DNA from: Entomortierella parvispora E1425
Lineage: Eukaryota > Fungi > Mortierellomycota
Reading direction: 5' to 3'
Length of the DNA stretch: 64,000 bases
Assembly: GCA_020891255.1 (NCBI GenBank)
Contig: BQFW01000004.1
Coordinates: 1,116,001-1,180,000 of the forward strand
A program made the position numbers and the translations under genes. This document shows, piece by piece, positions 1-13,007 of the stretch. The notes beneath the pieces were generated by a model. It searched no databases and was not told the DNA's origin. It saw nothing but the letters and a program-made list of their open reading frames with translations. Each line of letters starts with the position of its first letter. Position 1 is the stretch's first letter.

Positions 1-1836
1 GCATCGTATCGATATCTTCGACCATCGTATTACAGTGATCCATCACATCGCTCATATATATCTTGGCCAGGGACGTCAAAGGACTTCGTTCATCCTTGCC
101 CCGCAGTGAGTGAACGAGAACCTGGGTCGGGATCAACATTCTTCTCATCAGGGACAGTTGCGCCGTCATTTTGTGAAGGTCGGCTGTGAACGGCATCTTG
201 GGCATGGTCATGACTCTATCTTCTAAGTCATTGATCTCGTGTCGAAATGCATCCGTGATAGGGATAGCATGGTCCACAATCCCGTCAATCACTGACTGAA
301 GCAGGAAGCTAGAGTCGTTGTGCTTCCTCACCAAAGAATAATCATGCGAGAGTCGCTCCACGATCGGATTCACGACAGTCTCTCCAGAAACTTGAAAGAG
401 TGTAATCAACGTGTTATCGGAGAGTAAGAATATTGTCACCTGTTCCATATGGACATGTAGTCGACCATAGGGCTTGGAGGAGGAGGATGAGGTTTGTTGC
501 ACGTAGTGTTGGTGTTTGTATTTGTCGAGGGATTCGAGAGGCATTCGCTGCGAGAGCATCTCAGGATCGATGCCATGTGGGCTAGTGTATGGGCCAACCT
601 GGCGCCATTCGTTCTCTCCCATCGCCTCCATAAGTGTCAAGAGCGTCAAACTGAGATAGCATTGTTTTGGGTATACATCGACCTTTGTACGTTGAGGGAC
701 ATGCAGTAGATCTTCGACCGCAAGATGGTGTAGATCTGATAGACAAAAGAACAATATAATAACATTAATTAAAATAAATGCGGGTGTGAGCCTGAGGCCT
801 CCCTAGCACTCGCTGGCAAGGATCAATTAATAGTACCGTATTCCAATGCAATGGTCTTGATGATATCCCAGCTCATTCCGTTAATGTTGATCCAACGTAC
901 TGTAGACCATTCCGGTCTCTATGTTGTATCAAGAACAGACAGTATGAGAATCCCGAGCAAAATCCTTCGGAGCAACAGCTCCCTATAGAAAAAGTTTCGG
1001 TTTTCGTTACAGGTTGACGTAACCATTCCAGGAATTGACCATTGTCCATGTCTTTCCGGGCTAGATATTTCTCCTGGTTCATATCCACGGTCGTGACACC
1101 GACTTGTCTCTACGTTATATCATTGACAAACACACGCACACACGAAAGTGAGTACATCAGTGAAAATGAAAAGCTTGGCGTTAAATTGTAGGCGCTTCAT
1201 GCTTACTTCAATGCAGTTGAAGATTGGATCCATGGCTGACACATCTACTCCTTGACCTCGCATGGCAAAATCTACAACAAAGTAGAAGGTTCAGGATATG
1301 ACCATGTCATAAAGAATGGTTGCTTGTTACTTACTAGCAATTGATTGTCGCCTTTGGTTGTGGGTCTCTTCTCTTTTGGCCTTGCTCATGTCATCAAACA
1401 TTGTCTTGGCCCACCTCGAATCAGCACTATGGGCCCGCAGTGGCGACTGAGGTGAGGAAGAGTCGTGGATCGAGATCGAAACGGAATCGGCTGTTTGTCT
1501 CTGATTAGAAGGGATACTGCCAGTGTCACTGGAGCTGTTCCTCCTGTGACTCTCAGTAGGTGAACTTGTCAATGCCGCTGCCGTAAAGTGCACATTGTGG
1601 GGCTGTTGCTGCTGATGTGGATAGGCCAATCCGTCCTGATGCTTTTCGTCCATTCCGAACTGAGCGGGGGGAGTGATGGATAGATCTGCTTGTGAGTGGA
1701 CTCGGTCGTTGTTGGGGGTGGTCGAGGAGGAAGATCCGGAGGAGGAATCGGATCGTGTTCGACTAAACCTTTTCTCCTGTGGTTTCTCTGATTGATACCC
1801 GCGCGGATAAGTCTCTACAATGTTGTGGAAGTTCAT
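1..1836 (-). CDS. CorA-family Mg2+/divalent cation transporter; multi-exon, 3' end runs off the window start
   Basis: ATG at 1836 (the track's 1839 start is a TTG), with GT-AG introns between exons. Spliced translation contains WININGMSWDII, LHHLAVEDLLHVPQRTKVDVYP, HMEQVTIFL, FLLQSVIDGIVD and YMSDVMDHC, typical of the CorA cytoplasmic domain. Confidence 0.9.
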
Positions 1837-2147
1837 CAAAAAAAAGACAGATGGAGGAAAAGGAGCACAAAAATGATTCAGGAAGAGACACTTGTCCAGG
1901 GGGGGAGGGAGGCTAAGGGCTGCAGAGGGACAATGTAACCACTTAATTTTCTTTCAGATCAGAGGGCAGGGTGAAAGGGAATTGGACACGCGAATACAGA
2001 CATTGACGCAAGGTGGCTTCAGACTTCTTTGGAGGCAGCAACAATTGAATTATCAGAAGTTTTCATTTTTTTTTTTAAATTTTTGTTTTCATGAAGTCAT
2101 AACAGAGGTTGAAAAAGAGGGTATTTGTTGGATGCAGTCCACACACA

Positions 2148-5100
2148 TCACTCCGCAGTCTCTGAGCGCTCCATATCGCGGGCAAGCGTCTGAGGATAGT
2201 GTTGTTGCTGCTGTTGTCCAAGACTAATGCGGCTGGCCCGTCCACTCTTTGACGGCGTATTGGGTATGCTACTGCGGCCAGGCGCCCCAGCAGTGGCTCC
2301 AGGAGTTCCATAGATCAAGGTAGCGCCTCGTCCAAAACCAAGGGGGCTCATACTCTGCTGCTGGTTTGCATATGGTGGATAATGGTTCAATCCAAAGTAC
2401 CCAGGGGAAACAACAGGAGAGCTCTGTCCATGTGGCGGGGTCGGATTTTGGCTCTGATACTGCTGCTGCAAATCAAGTCCCAGGAGCTCTCTCTTCCGGG
2501 AACCAGCAGAGGCCTGGGGATAGAGAGCGAACGAGCGACGTCGCAGATGGCCGGGTCTTAACAGAGTGCCACTGGCGGTCAAAGGCGGATGTCCTCCCAT
2601 AGGGGACATGGAAGGGTGATGCTGCGGTGGCAGAGTCATGGACTGCGTGTTCGCACCAGTGGCATAGTCGCCTGCTGGCTCTTGATCGGGGCGATCATGT
2701 TGTGATCGAGGTCGAACAAGGCGGGTCTGGGAGTTGGTCATTAGAGCTGCACCCTCAGAGCGTCCACGAACATGTTGAAACCACGGTCGAGGTTGTTGAT
2801 AGAGGATCGACGTTGGAGGGGGCAAAGGGGGTAGACTGAACTTGCGGCGAGGAGTTGTCTGTCGACGATGGGTTTCCGGCATAGGAGCCCGACCATTGCT
2901 ATTGTTAGCCACGGCTGCAGTACTGCTCAGTCCTGTCAACTCTAAAGTCGAGGAGTGAATGTGGTCCACGCTTCCTGAGACTCCTGCTGATGCCGCTGCG
3001 TCTCCAATTCTTCCACGGCCGCCACTGCTTCCACTGCGACTTGTGTGACTGCTACGATGGCTGCCACTGATGCTGCCGCTGCCATGGCCGGTTTCCTTGG
3101 CGACATGGCCCTGCTGACGAAGTTGTTGTGAACGTGAGCTATGTGAACGAGGGGTGCGTTGTTGTTCAGTCGGTTGGGTACTTGTGGGTCGTGAGGACTG
3201 ATGTTGTTTGCGGAGCGACACCTCGTTCACTTCGTCTCTCCAATTTCGGACAGCAGAGCGTCGGTCACCATCCTCCAGGCCCTCGCCATCGTCCTGCTGC
3301 TGTTGCTCCTCTTGAGACACCAGTTTGGGTGGCCTCTGCTGAACGACAGGCTGCTGTGAGAGCAAAGTGCTGCTTGAGTTGACCCGGATTGGCCGTAATT
3401 GTCTTGTCAGGGTGGGGGAACGCATGATGATCTGGGCTCTTGGAGAGGGGGATGCCATTGGATGTCCAGACTGGGTTCGAAGACGGCGAGCCGCTGGTTG
3501 AGTAGCGCCGCCATTAGAAACCACGTGTACAATGGGCGATTTCGGCGTGAGTTGCTGCTGACGTTGACGATGATGACCATTTAAACTGCCGCTGTCGAGG
3601 GTACTCTGTCGTTTGCTATGGTCGGTAATGTCTTCAGGGTCACGACCATCATCGGTCTCCAAATCGTCCTCTAGTTCCTCATAGTCATCCTCGGCCTGGT
3701 CTGCAGGAGCACCCAGATCCCGACGACTGTAGAGCCAGTCTGGATCCTGTTGTGGCATCATCATTTGATTTGTATACTCTTCTGGATAGTAGTAGCCATC
3801 GTCCTGCAGGGTGTCGTAGTCAAAATCTTCCTCTTCATCCTCTCGACGATTGTTGGTCAGATACGTACGACCATAGTTATCCAAAAGGTCTCCAAGCACG
3901 ATGGGTACTCGTTCACGCTCCTTGGCCAAAATAACACCTCCATCGAACCATTCCAGACGTTTGCAGGACTTCAAAATAGCTGATCGATACACGGACCGCT
4001 TGACATACATGGCGTCCGGAAGTGCTCGTCTGAAACCCACATCTCGTCGTCGCCAGTCCTGCTCCGTTTCCGAATTCTGGTTGGTCCTGTAGGTATCCTG
4101 ATACTTCGAGCCTTGGCGGATCGACATGGCAGGGTACATGTTAGAAGTCAAAGGGTTGTGTCTCAAATCTAGAGTTACAAGAGATCGCATCCTCTTGACC
4201 AAAGACAGAACGTCGCTGAAGCTCTTCAGGTTGTTGCCCACAAAGATCAAGCGTCGTAGTCGATGAAGACCATCCAGGGCTGAGATCGAATCCAGTCCAT
4301 TGTAGCTCAAGTTCAGTCCTCGTAAGTTAGGCATCATTGTATCTAAGCCGATCGGCAGCTCGGAAAGGCAGCCTGCACAGATCTCGAGGTACTCCAAGCG
4401 GAAAAAGCCCATCTCAAAGTCCAGCGCGTGAATCGGATTGCCCGACAAGTACAACTTTCGGCTGTTGACAAACTCAGTCATGTCGATGGCAATGCCTTCA
4501 CCTTCCTGGTCTCTCGCAGAGAAATTTTCCAATCGAGTGAGAATTTGGCAGTTTTCAAGCGTCTGGAGTCGATTGTCATCCAGATAAAGCGTGCGAAGTC
4601 CAGGGAACGAGTTGGCATTAAAAGTCAGCAGCTTGTTTTCAGACAGTCGGAGGATACGGAGTCGTCGTAAGGGCTGCACCAGACTGATATCTTCGATGCA
4701 GTTATGGGCTTAAAACAAGAAGCGTAAAAACTAGATGTTAGTCTCCACAGAAAGACAAGCTCAGAATACCCCATTGAAGGACATTGAATCTTACCTAAAT
4801 TAGCATGAATGAGTCCAGCCAGAGATTCGAGACTGTCCAACTGTGTTATTTTGTTGTGAGAGGCATTTAAAAACTCGAGGCGTTGCCTACGGTAGACGGG
4901 GTAAGAGTTAGTAACGAACAAGTACAAGTCGTGGACCTCTTCGAACCCTAGATAAGCGAGTGCTTTCCCAATTCATCCTACAATTTACTATATCGAAAAT
5001 CCAGACAGGTTAGGCAGTTTCGAGAGACATCCAAGCGAATAAGGCCGTCCATTTGTTGAAGAGACGACACACTCGTGATGTTGTTGCCTTCTGCAATGAG

Positions 5101-6864
5101 CTCTCGCAAATGGACCAGACTCGAGAGGCCAGTAAGGTCTTCAATGTTGTTGTGAGATATATCCAGATACTGCAAATTCACGAGGTGACTGAAATTGGTG
5201 AGATTGCTGAGCAAATTAGATCGAACTTGCAACGTCTTGACTGATTTGGGAACTCCGGTCAAGTACGGTATTTGATTGTCGTTCAGGATCAATACATCCA
5301 GGTTAGGGACCAGGTGGTTGAGACGGATGGTGCTCTCGACCTCCTTTTTTGTCAAATCCAGCGACTTGACTTGATCCCATTCGTCCCAAGGGTGAAGAGC
5401 AGTGATGAAGCGGAGCAGATGACCCTCGGCATGACTGAAGGATGATTGCTCTGGCAACATTCCTGTGGACGCATTATGAATAGTGGGGATAGATGACGAA
5501 CGCGACAGGTTCATATTCCCACCGATGCGCGAGGTGTCCGCCACTGACTGAGTGTCTGTCTGGTTCTCCCATTTGAGGGAGTGCTCTCCTCTTCTGGACG
5601 GCTTTGAAGGTAAGGAGACGGACGCCAGATAATCACTTGTTGCTCCTTCGTCGTCTGTTTGCTGTGATCGTCTTTTGCCTTCCGATCCTTTAAATGACAT
5701 GCGGTCTTCATCGTGCTTGGATTTGCTGCCCATATCAAATGACACATCTATTGCAGAACAAGGAGTACTCAGAGTTAATATCAATTAATTTGCAGATAAA
5801 ATTATATACGTCTGTAAGGATGTACTCGTACTCAGGTTTTCCAAGCTCTTGAATGCGTTTTCCATGCCCCAAGAACCGGCCAGCGAGCCTAGATCGTCAA
5901 ACTCCGTTTGAGCTTGGTCCTTCAGTTCACCATCGTCGTCGTCCTGAACTTCGAACACCTTTGGCGCATTAAAGGTCACCTCTCGCCTTTTGCGATCCAG
6001 ATGCTCCTCGTGGTTTGGTTCTTCTGCCCCATCCTGCTCGAGGTGCATATCCGTAATTGGTTGCTCAATTTTTTTGCTGGTGGGAGATGACGTGTTCTTG
6101 AACGAGATATCTGTTGCTGACCTCAGGGCTGTATCTGTTGCGGTCGCAAGGTCCTCAACAAAAGTGCTGGTCTGCTTGGTCCCAAGACCCTTGGCGGCCA
6201 GCGAGGCATACTGCTTGGCGCGGGCTTGGTCATTCTCTGGGTTGATCCTCAACGTATTTATATTGGTCGGTATAGTTGAGAGAGCAGACCGCTTCAGAGT
6301 TCGATCGTGTGGTCGTGGTGTTGCATCCGTGTCTTGTGAAAGATTGACTTCGACCGCATCTTCTATATCTGGGCTGACACGAATCCTCTTCTCGTATACA
6401 GTTGGTGGCAATATCCTGCTTCCATTAGTTTTGATGTGGGTACTGGGACTAGACAAGAAAAGATCTGCCGCCAGGGCTAATTCGCGTTTGTTGATATCGT
6501 CCAGTTGAGCCTGGAATCCAGCAGAGCCAAGGGTCGATCCTGATAGACTGTCCCTGTACACGCTATCCCTTGAGGTCGTGCTTCCACGATCACCCATCTC
6601 CCCATCTTTGGAACCCTGAAAAATAAATAAAAAAAAGACAGGGGATTATTACGCTATCCTCAGTTGCCATGTGCTGCAAGTTGTGTGTGGTTTTCTTTCG
6701 GTTTTCTCTCGTCATATAAAATTTACCTGAGATCGATGCCTGTATCCTGCTGCAAATCGAGTGGGGCGCGTGGCAACGGGGATGCTGGACGGTGGCCGAA
6801 TGGTCACGGAGGCAACCTTGGCGGATTGCATGGTATCGTCTACTGTCGCGTTGGCTCGCAGCAT
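2148..6864 (-). CDS. cdc11: Septation-initiation/mitotic-exit network LRR scaffold, Cdc11/Nud1-like
   Basis: Exons join ORFs 5785-6597, 4978-5784 and 2148-4679; first exon MLRANATVDD from 6864 with a GTAAAT donor. LLRFITALHPWDEW...IPYLTGVP...LTNFSHLVNLQYLDISHNNIEDLTGLSSLVHLREL matches the start of the S. pombe Cdc11 LRR region as recalled. Many LxxLxLxxN repeats follow. Confidence 0.8.
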
Positions 6865-8821
6865 TCCTGTCTACTAAGGTGTAATAGACCTGACTTGTTT
6901 GCGAGAGAGGAGGAGCTGGGAGAAAAGCAAGGGAGAAAGAACTGACCACCTGCAAAGGGGCTCAGAGGAGCAGGGCGACTACGGTGGCGATGAACGGACA
7001 AATGCAGAGGGCGTGATACTATTGAGGCGAGCAAACAGTGGATCCGGTTTAGTTTCAAACACTTTTCAGGCAGAGGGAGTGGACAGGGATAAGGAGATGG
7101 AAAAGTCGCGGTGCAATGTTCGAGGGGCGGGGGAGCAGGATAAATAACAAAAGGTGGGTGGAATAGAGAAAGGATATGTCCATATGTCCTGAAAGGCAGT
7201 GGACCATTACACCAAGGTCTGACCATAGTCCAAAGCGGTGCAGAGAGGAAGGAAGGAGGAGAAATTACGAGGCAACGGCGCCAGGACAGCACTGGATGAC
7301 CATGGGATAGTACGATGGTAGTGGTATACAGTCTTTCGATGCGTACGGGGTGAGGACAGACCGACGGCAACAAGGCGCAGGGGCCAGTCGACAGGGGATG
7401 CGTTTACGTTGCAGATGATCAGGGATGAGGTCAACATGATTTACCTTTGAGCAATGAGAAGGAAAGGAGGGGTAGAGGGTAAAGTCGAGACCCCAGGCTG
7501 GTTCCAGTCCGATCCGCGCAATGCAATGTGCGTGCAAGAAGAGGCGCTGGATTGTTGTTATTGTTTTGTTGCCCAAAGGAAAAAAAGAAAAAAACAAGAA
7601 TAAGGACAAAGAGGGCAGAGAGCGAATCGAATCAAAAGGTGAGGAGAACAAGGAAAATAAAGAATATCGTAGCAAAAGAAAACGTGTGTTCGAGTGTCGT
7701 CTGTCTGTCGTGAAAGTGAGGGGGGGGGGGGTCGTTAATTGCAGAGATGAGCGAGATGGATGGTCGTGATGAAAAGGACAACAGGACAGCAAGCACCGAT
7801 GGAATGAAAGAAGGCTTTGCCTCTCTTTGTCTGTCGGTCGGTCGTGTGTGTGCGCTGAGTGTTGTGTGAGGTGCGAGTGAGGGGTGAGTGAGGTGTGCGG
7901 TGTGCAAGTGAGTGAGTGGTCGTGTCCCTCGGGCACAGAAAAAGACGCCTGTCGGCGCTCGGTTGCTTCGTCGCTGCGTTGCTTGCTTGCCAAACGGAAG
8001 CGATAGCGACAGATCCGTGCCTGATCTCTGTTGCTTCCCTGTTCGTTCTTCGCTTCCTTGCTTCTTTCTCGGACTCGTCTGTCCTGCTCAGTCTGTCTCT
8101 GTCTAGCTTTAATCTGCCTGCGAGCGAGCGCTGGGAGCGGAGGGTGCGACTGCAACTGCGGGTAAGGACAGGCGGCAGTGAGGAAAGACTTGTTAGTGAG
8201 CAAGAGGGATGCAAAGCGACGACCAAAGGGGGAAACAGAGGTGGGCAGGCAAGGAGGGATCGAGGTGGGGAGTGCGAGCGACAAAAGAGAAGAAAAACGG
8301 ATTCGCCAAACGTTTTGTTCCTCCTCCCATCACTCCGCACACCTCCATCCTCTCAATCCGTTGACCGACATGGCAGGAACCAACCCAAGCTGTTGCTCTC
8401 TACTTCTCTTTTGCTCTCCCGTTTGCCCACAGTTCATGTGCAATTTTGCTCCATCGTCATTATTGTCCCCAACAGCAATCGACTGGGTGTATGTGGTCTA
8501 TCTCCGATGCACATGAGAGCACTTGCCCTCTCTTTCTTTTCCTTCCTCTCTTGCTGTCGTTTCACGGATGGCTCAGTTTTTTTCCTCGCCTCTCTCTCCT
8601 TCTCACCGTTGCTGTCTGTGCGCACGCTGACATATATAGAGATCTTGCCACAAATATCCATACCTCACAAAACCTAAATTCTCACACCCCTCTGCCTTTT
8701 TTTTTTCTATTCTCTTCTGATTTTAAAAACTTCATTGACTCTAAACGATGTTCCATGATGGACTGGACTCACTGGGGTCATGTCTACTGAGAACAATGGT
8801 ACTGAAAAAAAATAGAAAATA

Positions 8822-10291
8822 CTATGCCTCCTCGTCACTAGAAATTTCACTGTTGTCTGTGTCACTATCAAATTCGCGGTCATCATCGTCACTTTCACTG
8901 TAGTTTTCATTGTTTTCGAGTCGTCTTTCGTAGAGAATCCGATAGTCCCTCCCAACCTGGACAGTCTTTTTCCAAACAGCAATAAGCTGTGACTCCTGAA
9001 TGCCAGCGAAGAGTCCCAAAAGGCGGTTTCGCAGTGACAGCTCAGTCTCGTCCAAGTTAGGATTGGCTGCAATTGGGTTCTTGACCATTCCCCAGACCAT
9101 TTCAATCGGCTGTAGCTCGCAATGATACGGAGGTGTCTTGCAAATGGTGTGTCCGTATTCGTGTGCAATTCGGTATGAAGCAAAGGTCTTGGGGATGTTG
9201 AGACCTTTGATGTGCTCAAGAAGCTCGAGTCTAGACTTGATCTTGCCCCGGTCATTTGTTGGTAGCTCTATGCCATTCTTTTCGAACCACGAATGGATAT
9301 CTCTCACACAGGAGCTTGCTTTCGGTACTGGATTCTCTTCGCGGACATGGTACTTGGCGCCATCCATGTGAATGTGACAAGGCCCATAGTCTTCATGGAG
9401 TGTTGTGCACAGAGCCTCAAACAATCGCTCAAACAGATCCGCATCAAAGTTACCGTGGTAGTCATGGTAGTCAGGGGCAATACCCGCCTCTCGGACAAAA
9501 TCAGGAACAGTCTTCCATAGCTCGTTGTCTGCGGCACGTCCACCCTCTCGACCACGCAATTGACCCTTGACCGGCCAGATGAGGATGCTTTTCTTGACGA
9601 GCTCTGCCCTGAGCTTGTTGTCAACTCGGAATACCACGAATGCACCGAAAATGACAAGCATTGGCTTTCGTCCTCGCTCATTGACAGAGCCTCCAGAAGG
9701 CAACCATGTCCGAAGACTGTGATGGTCTAGATGACAATATGACTCATCAAGGAACACCTCAGGAACAATTGGAAGACCCTTGGGGTTCAGATTCGAGAGG
9801 CGACGCTCGATGTAAACATCACGATAGTCGATCACCGCTTGGGAGTCATGGAGGATATTCCTCCTGCTTCCTTTGCCGTAATGAAGACCTAGCCGTTTTA
9901 ATCGACGGACCAAGGTTCGCTTCGCGAAAACGATACCGTGTTTTTCCCGCAGCTCCTTCAAAACTAGATTCGTTGTCACAGGCACTCCATCTTTGTTGCA
10001 TGCCAACACAAATTCTCGAATGGCTGCGCCCAAGTCAGTCTCAATGATGTGTTTTGGTCGACCAATGCGTTTCTCCGAAACCTCCCCCACGCCGTTATAA
10101 AACTGAATAGCTTTCCGCGCCGTATCTGAACCGATCCCAGTTATGAGGGCAAGACGCTTGCGGGCGGTGACTTTGCCACGGTGCTCGTGGAAGGCCCCAG
10201 TCCCATTCAAGTAGCTTTGGACGTTCGCCAGAATGCAGTATTCATTACGAGTCAGTCGTGCTGCATTCCGTTTAAATCGAGGATCCGACAT
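8822..10291 (-). mobile_element. Intact intronless IS630-Tc1-mariner superfamily transposase with DD86E catalytic spacing (Sailor/DD82E-like)
   Basis: 489-aa ORF from ATG 10291 (MSDPRFKRN). HTH-like N-terminus. Catalytic motifs FLDES (D at 9746-9748), HMDGAKYH (D at 9362-9364) and PPYHCELQPIEMVW (E at 9101-9103), with 86 codons between the second D and E. No terminal inverted repeats found by eye. Confidence 0.88.
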
Positions 10292-11061
10292 GGTAGAGAG
10301 ATGGGAGTTGCATCTCCAGAGAGCTGAGTGGCGTCCCTTTCTCCCCTTGAGTGCGCGAAAAGTCATAACTTTTATTAAGGGGTGGAGATCCATATGAAAC
10401 CGGACATTCAAATCAGAGGTATGGATGTTTTTGGCATGGTCTCTATGTACCCTGACCATCCGGTTGCCAAGACGTCGCACAATCGTCCTCCGCTTTCCGA
10501 CATCTCTGATCCCTTGAGAACCAGGACGCGCGTGAAGACGCCACGCGTTTCGCGCTTGTCAACGCGCTGGCGATTGGTCAAGGAAAGGTCCTGCTTGGTC
10601 GCGCCGACTCTTGAAATACTACAACAGCACTGATGCAGGACAGATGCACCACTCAACCACCTGCTCATGGACAGTCAGGCTGACAAACACACTGACACAC
10701 CTAGTGAAGGATAAACTCAAGATGCTGATGGTTTTTGATCCCACTACTGACTTATCTTTGTTTTCACCTACCTTGCAGGCTGAAATCTGTCACTGCCGTG
10801 TTTTTTTAGCCTTCAAGATGGAACCAATGCAATCGCTTTTTTGTGTGCTGCCCTTCACCCTGTGATTTTGAAAAAAAAAGATCGATCATGACTGAACATC
10901 CGTAATAAAACAATTAGACTAATGAATAGTTTAATCAAAATATTTTTATTCAAGTTGTCTTCGGCAGTTTCAAATTCCACGACGGTTTTGATTTCACAAG
11001 CCTGCTGTCTTTTTCACGCCGAACATCAACGACGACTCAGGACGAAGCGAGGATAATAGAA

Positions 11062-12803
11062 ATGGACCAGCATTCACCATCGCCATTGAATGAGCAACAA
11101 CGGGCCTTAGTGCTGCATGTCAAGCGACAGATTCTGCAAATGCGACAACTTCGACAATTTGAATGGTCACCCCCAAGCCGCCCCAATTCTGAATCTGCAC
11201 CAGAAATGCAGCCTGAGGGAGAGTCCAAGGTGCCACTAACGGTGACCATGCCCGAGATTCAGCAGGCCATGCTCGATCAGGTCAGCGGCGCCACGCCGTA
11301 TTTTTTGATACCCGTTTGAACACTGTGCCCCTTTCTGCACGGAGTCGCCGTCCATTCTGACCAAATGATCGATAATTGGACGACCACGTAGATCTTTTAC
11401 GACCCCGTGGTATTGAAGCATCCTCCTTCATCGATATACCAGCACGCATTCCTTAAAAAAGTCATTTACATGATTGAGGAGGAAGGTCTCTACGATATCT
11501 CGGAAGATCTTATGGAACTGTTCACCGAGCTGTTAATGACTGTACCAAAGAGGTGAGGCCTTCTGATTGACAGCATTGCACAATTTAACGGTCTTTGGGT
11601 AATAACGTAACCTTTTCTATTGTTCTCAGGCCCGAGGAAGGAGGACCACCGTTAATGCCTTGCTTCAAGTCATATAGCTTGGACCGAAATTGCCAGAAAG
11701 TTGTCACGGTCATGGAGGAGCAGACAACTATCTCGTCAGGGACCACTGGTCTGCGGACATGGTAGGAAGAAAGGATTTGATCATTGAACTTTAGTTGCTT
11801 CTATAACCAGGTTAATCTAATAACCCTTCCATTCACTGGTTATATCTCGAGCTTAGGGAGGCAAGGTAAGGGGCGGCGCCAAATATCTATGGGCTACTCA
11901 TCGTCGTCATGAACCGGAGCCAACATGGTCTTGTGTTTTTCTTTTCGTTTTAGTTTCTGGTTAGCAGAGTACCTGATTGCTCACCCTGGTATGCGTGAAA
12001 TGACCACAGGGTAACCAAATTACCGTCACCTGTACATGAGAACAGTCAAAATAACTCAAGTCTTTCTGGCACTAGAATTTGTTCAAAGCAAGAACGTTGT
12101 TGACATTGGATGTGGGGTCGGTTTCTTGGGAATCGCGTGCGCTATGTTGGGCGCCAAGAAGGTCGCCCTGACAGATGGAAACATGGACGTGTTGACAATG
12201 GCTCAGAAAAACATTGGTTACAGTAAGCGGTTATTTACTCTTTCTCAAAGAAGGCCACTTTCAGGTGTCTGACCCACTCTTTAAACCTTTCTTATAGACA
12301 AGGCACCATGCCCCGTGTCAGCAACTGCATTGGACTGGGAGAACTTCACGAATGAGCAAATTGCTTCCCTGGAGGCGGAGGTTTTAATTTTGTCCGACCT
12401 GGTAACTAAAAAGCATGCCAGCTCTTTGTCATTTTGTTTAGAATATTTGACGTTTAATGTTCTCTCTGGGCTGCTCCTAGACATACGACCCAACCAACAT
12501 CGTACCACTGGTAACAGTACTAAAAGCGATCCTGGTTAGAGGCGTAAGCGCTTTTATGTCGTCTGCAATCCGGAATCCACAGACATTCATCGATTTTTTT
12601 GCCCACATCAGTAAGTCCTTAGTAGACTACGGAGAAAAATGAAAAGAATACCAAAATACTAATATTACATCTCTTATAACTCAGGGAAAGAATGTGTCGG
12701 TGTCCAGATCGATGAAGTGATTTTGGATGGTCTCGACCATTTGTTCTTTTTTGACGAGGAAACAGTTCAGACAGTCAAGGTCTTTCACCTTCACTTCCCA
12801 TAG
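11062..12803 (+). CDS. EFM3: Protein-lysine N-methyltransferase, EEF2KMT/FAM86/Efm3-like (Methyltransf_16), multi-exon
   Basis: Spliced translation: FAM86-like N-terminus (KRQILQM, HPPSSIYQHAFLKKVI), TTISSGTTGLRTWEASFWLAEYL, SAM-binding VVDIGCGVGFLG, VALTDGN, and LDW..ILSD motifs. Stop TAG at 12801-12803. Confidence 0.85.
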
Positions 12804-13007
12804 GAGCTCGTTTTTTTTTTCACAATAAAGTTCCTTACTTACTGTGAAACATACCCTCCGTCGGACCACCCTGATGGATGCGATCAATAACCATCAGACT
12901 GTGAGACCCATCTATTCAACGAGTCACTCAGTTCCGCTTCTCATTTCCTTGCATGCAACGTCAACTTCTTACACCAACTTCTTATTGCTCCATCTTCTTT
13001 AGTCATC

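Noticed and set aside
5760-5830. Apparent frameshift between ORFs 5785-6597 and 4978-5784
   Set aside because: Explained by a normal GT-AG intron (GTACGA...CAATAG) that joins ENL|NVSFDMG in frame.
6900-8700. Long overlapping ORFs (e.g. 7265-8284, 7916-8677)
   Set aside because: Translations are low-complexity products of GA/CT/GT-rich promoter or UTR-like DNA, with no domain motifs or convincing splice structure.
8822-10291. Treating the transposase and the Fanzor as one composite element
   Set aside because: They are about 50 kb apart and separated by many conserved host genes, and no shared terminal sequence was seen.
8600-11050. Terminal inverted repeats and TA target duplication for the DD86E transposase
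   Set aside because: Manual comparison of both flanks found no inverted match beyond a few bases.
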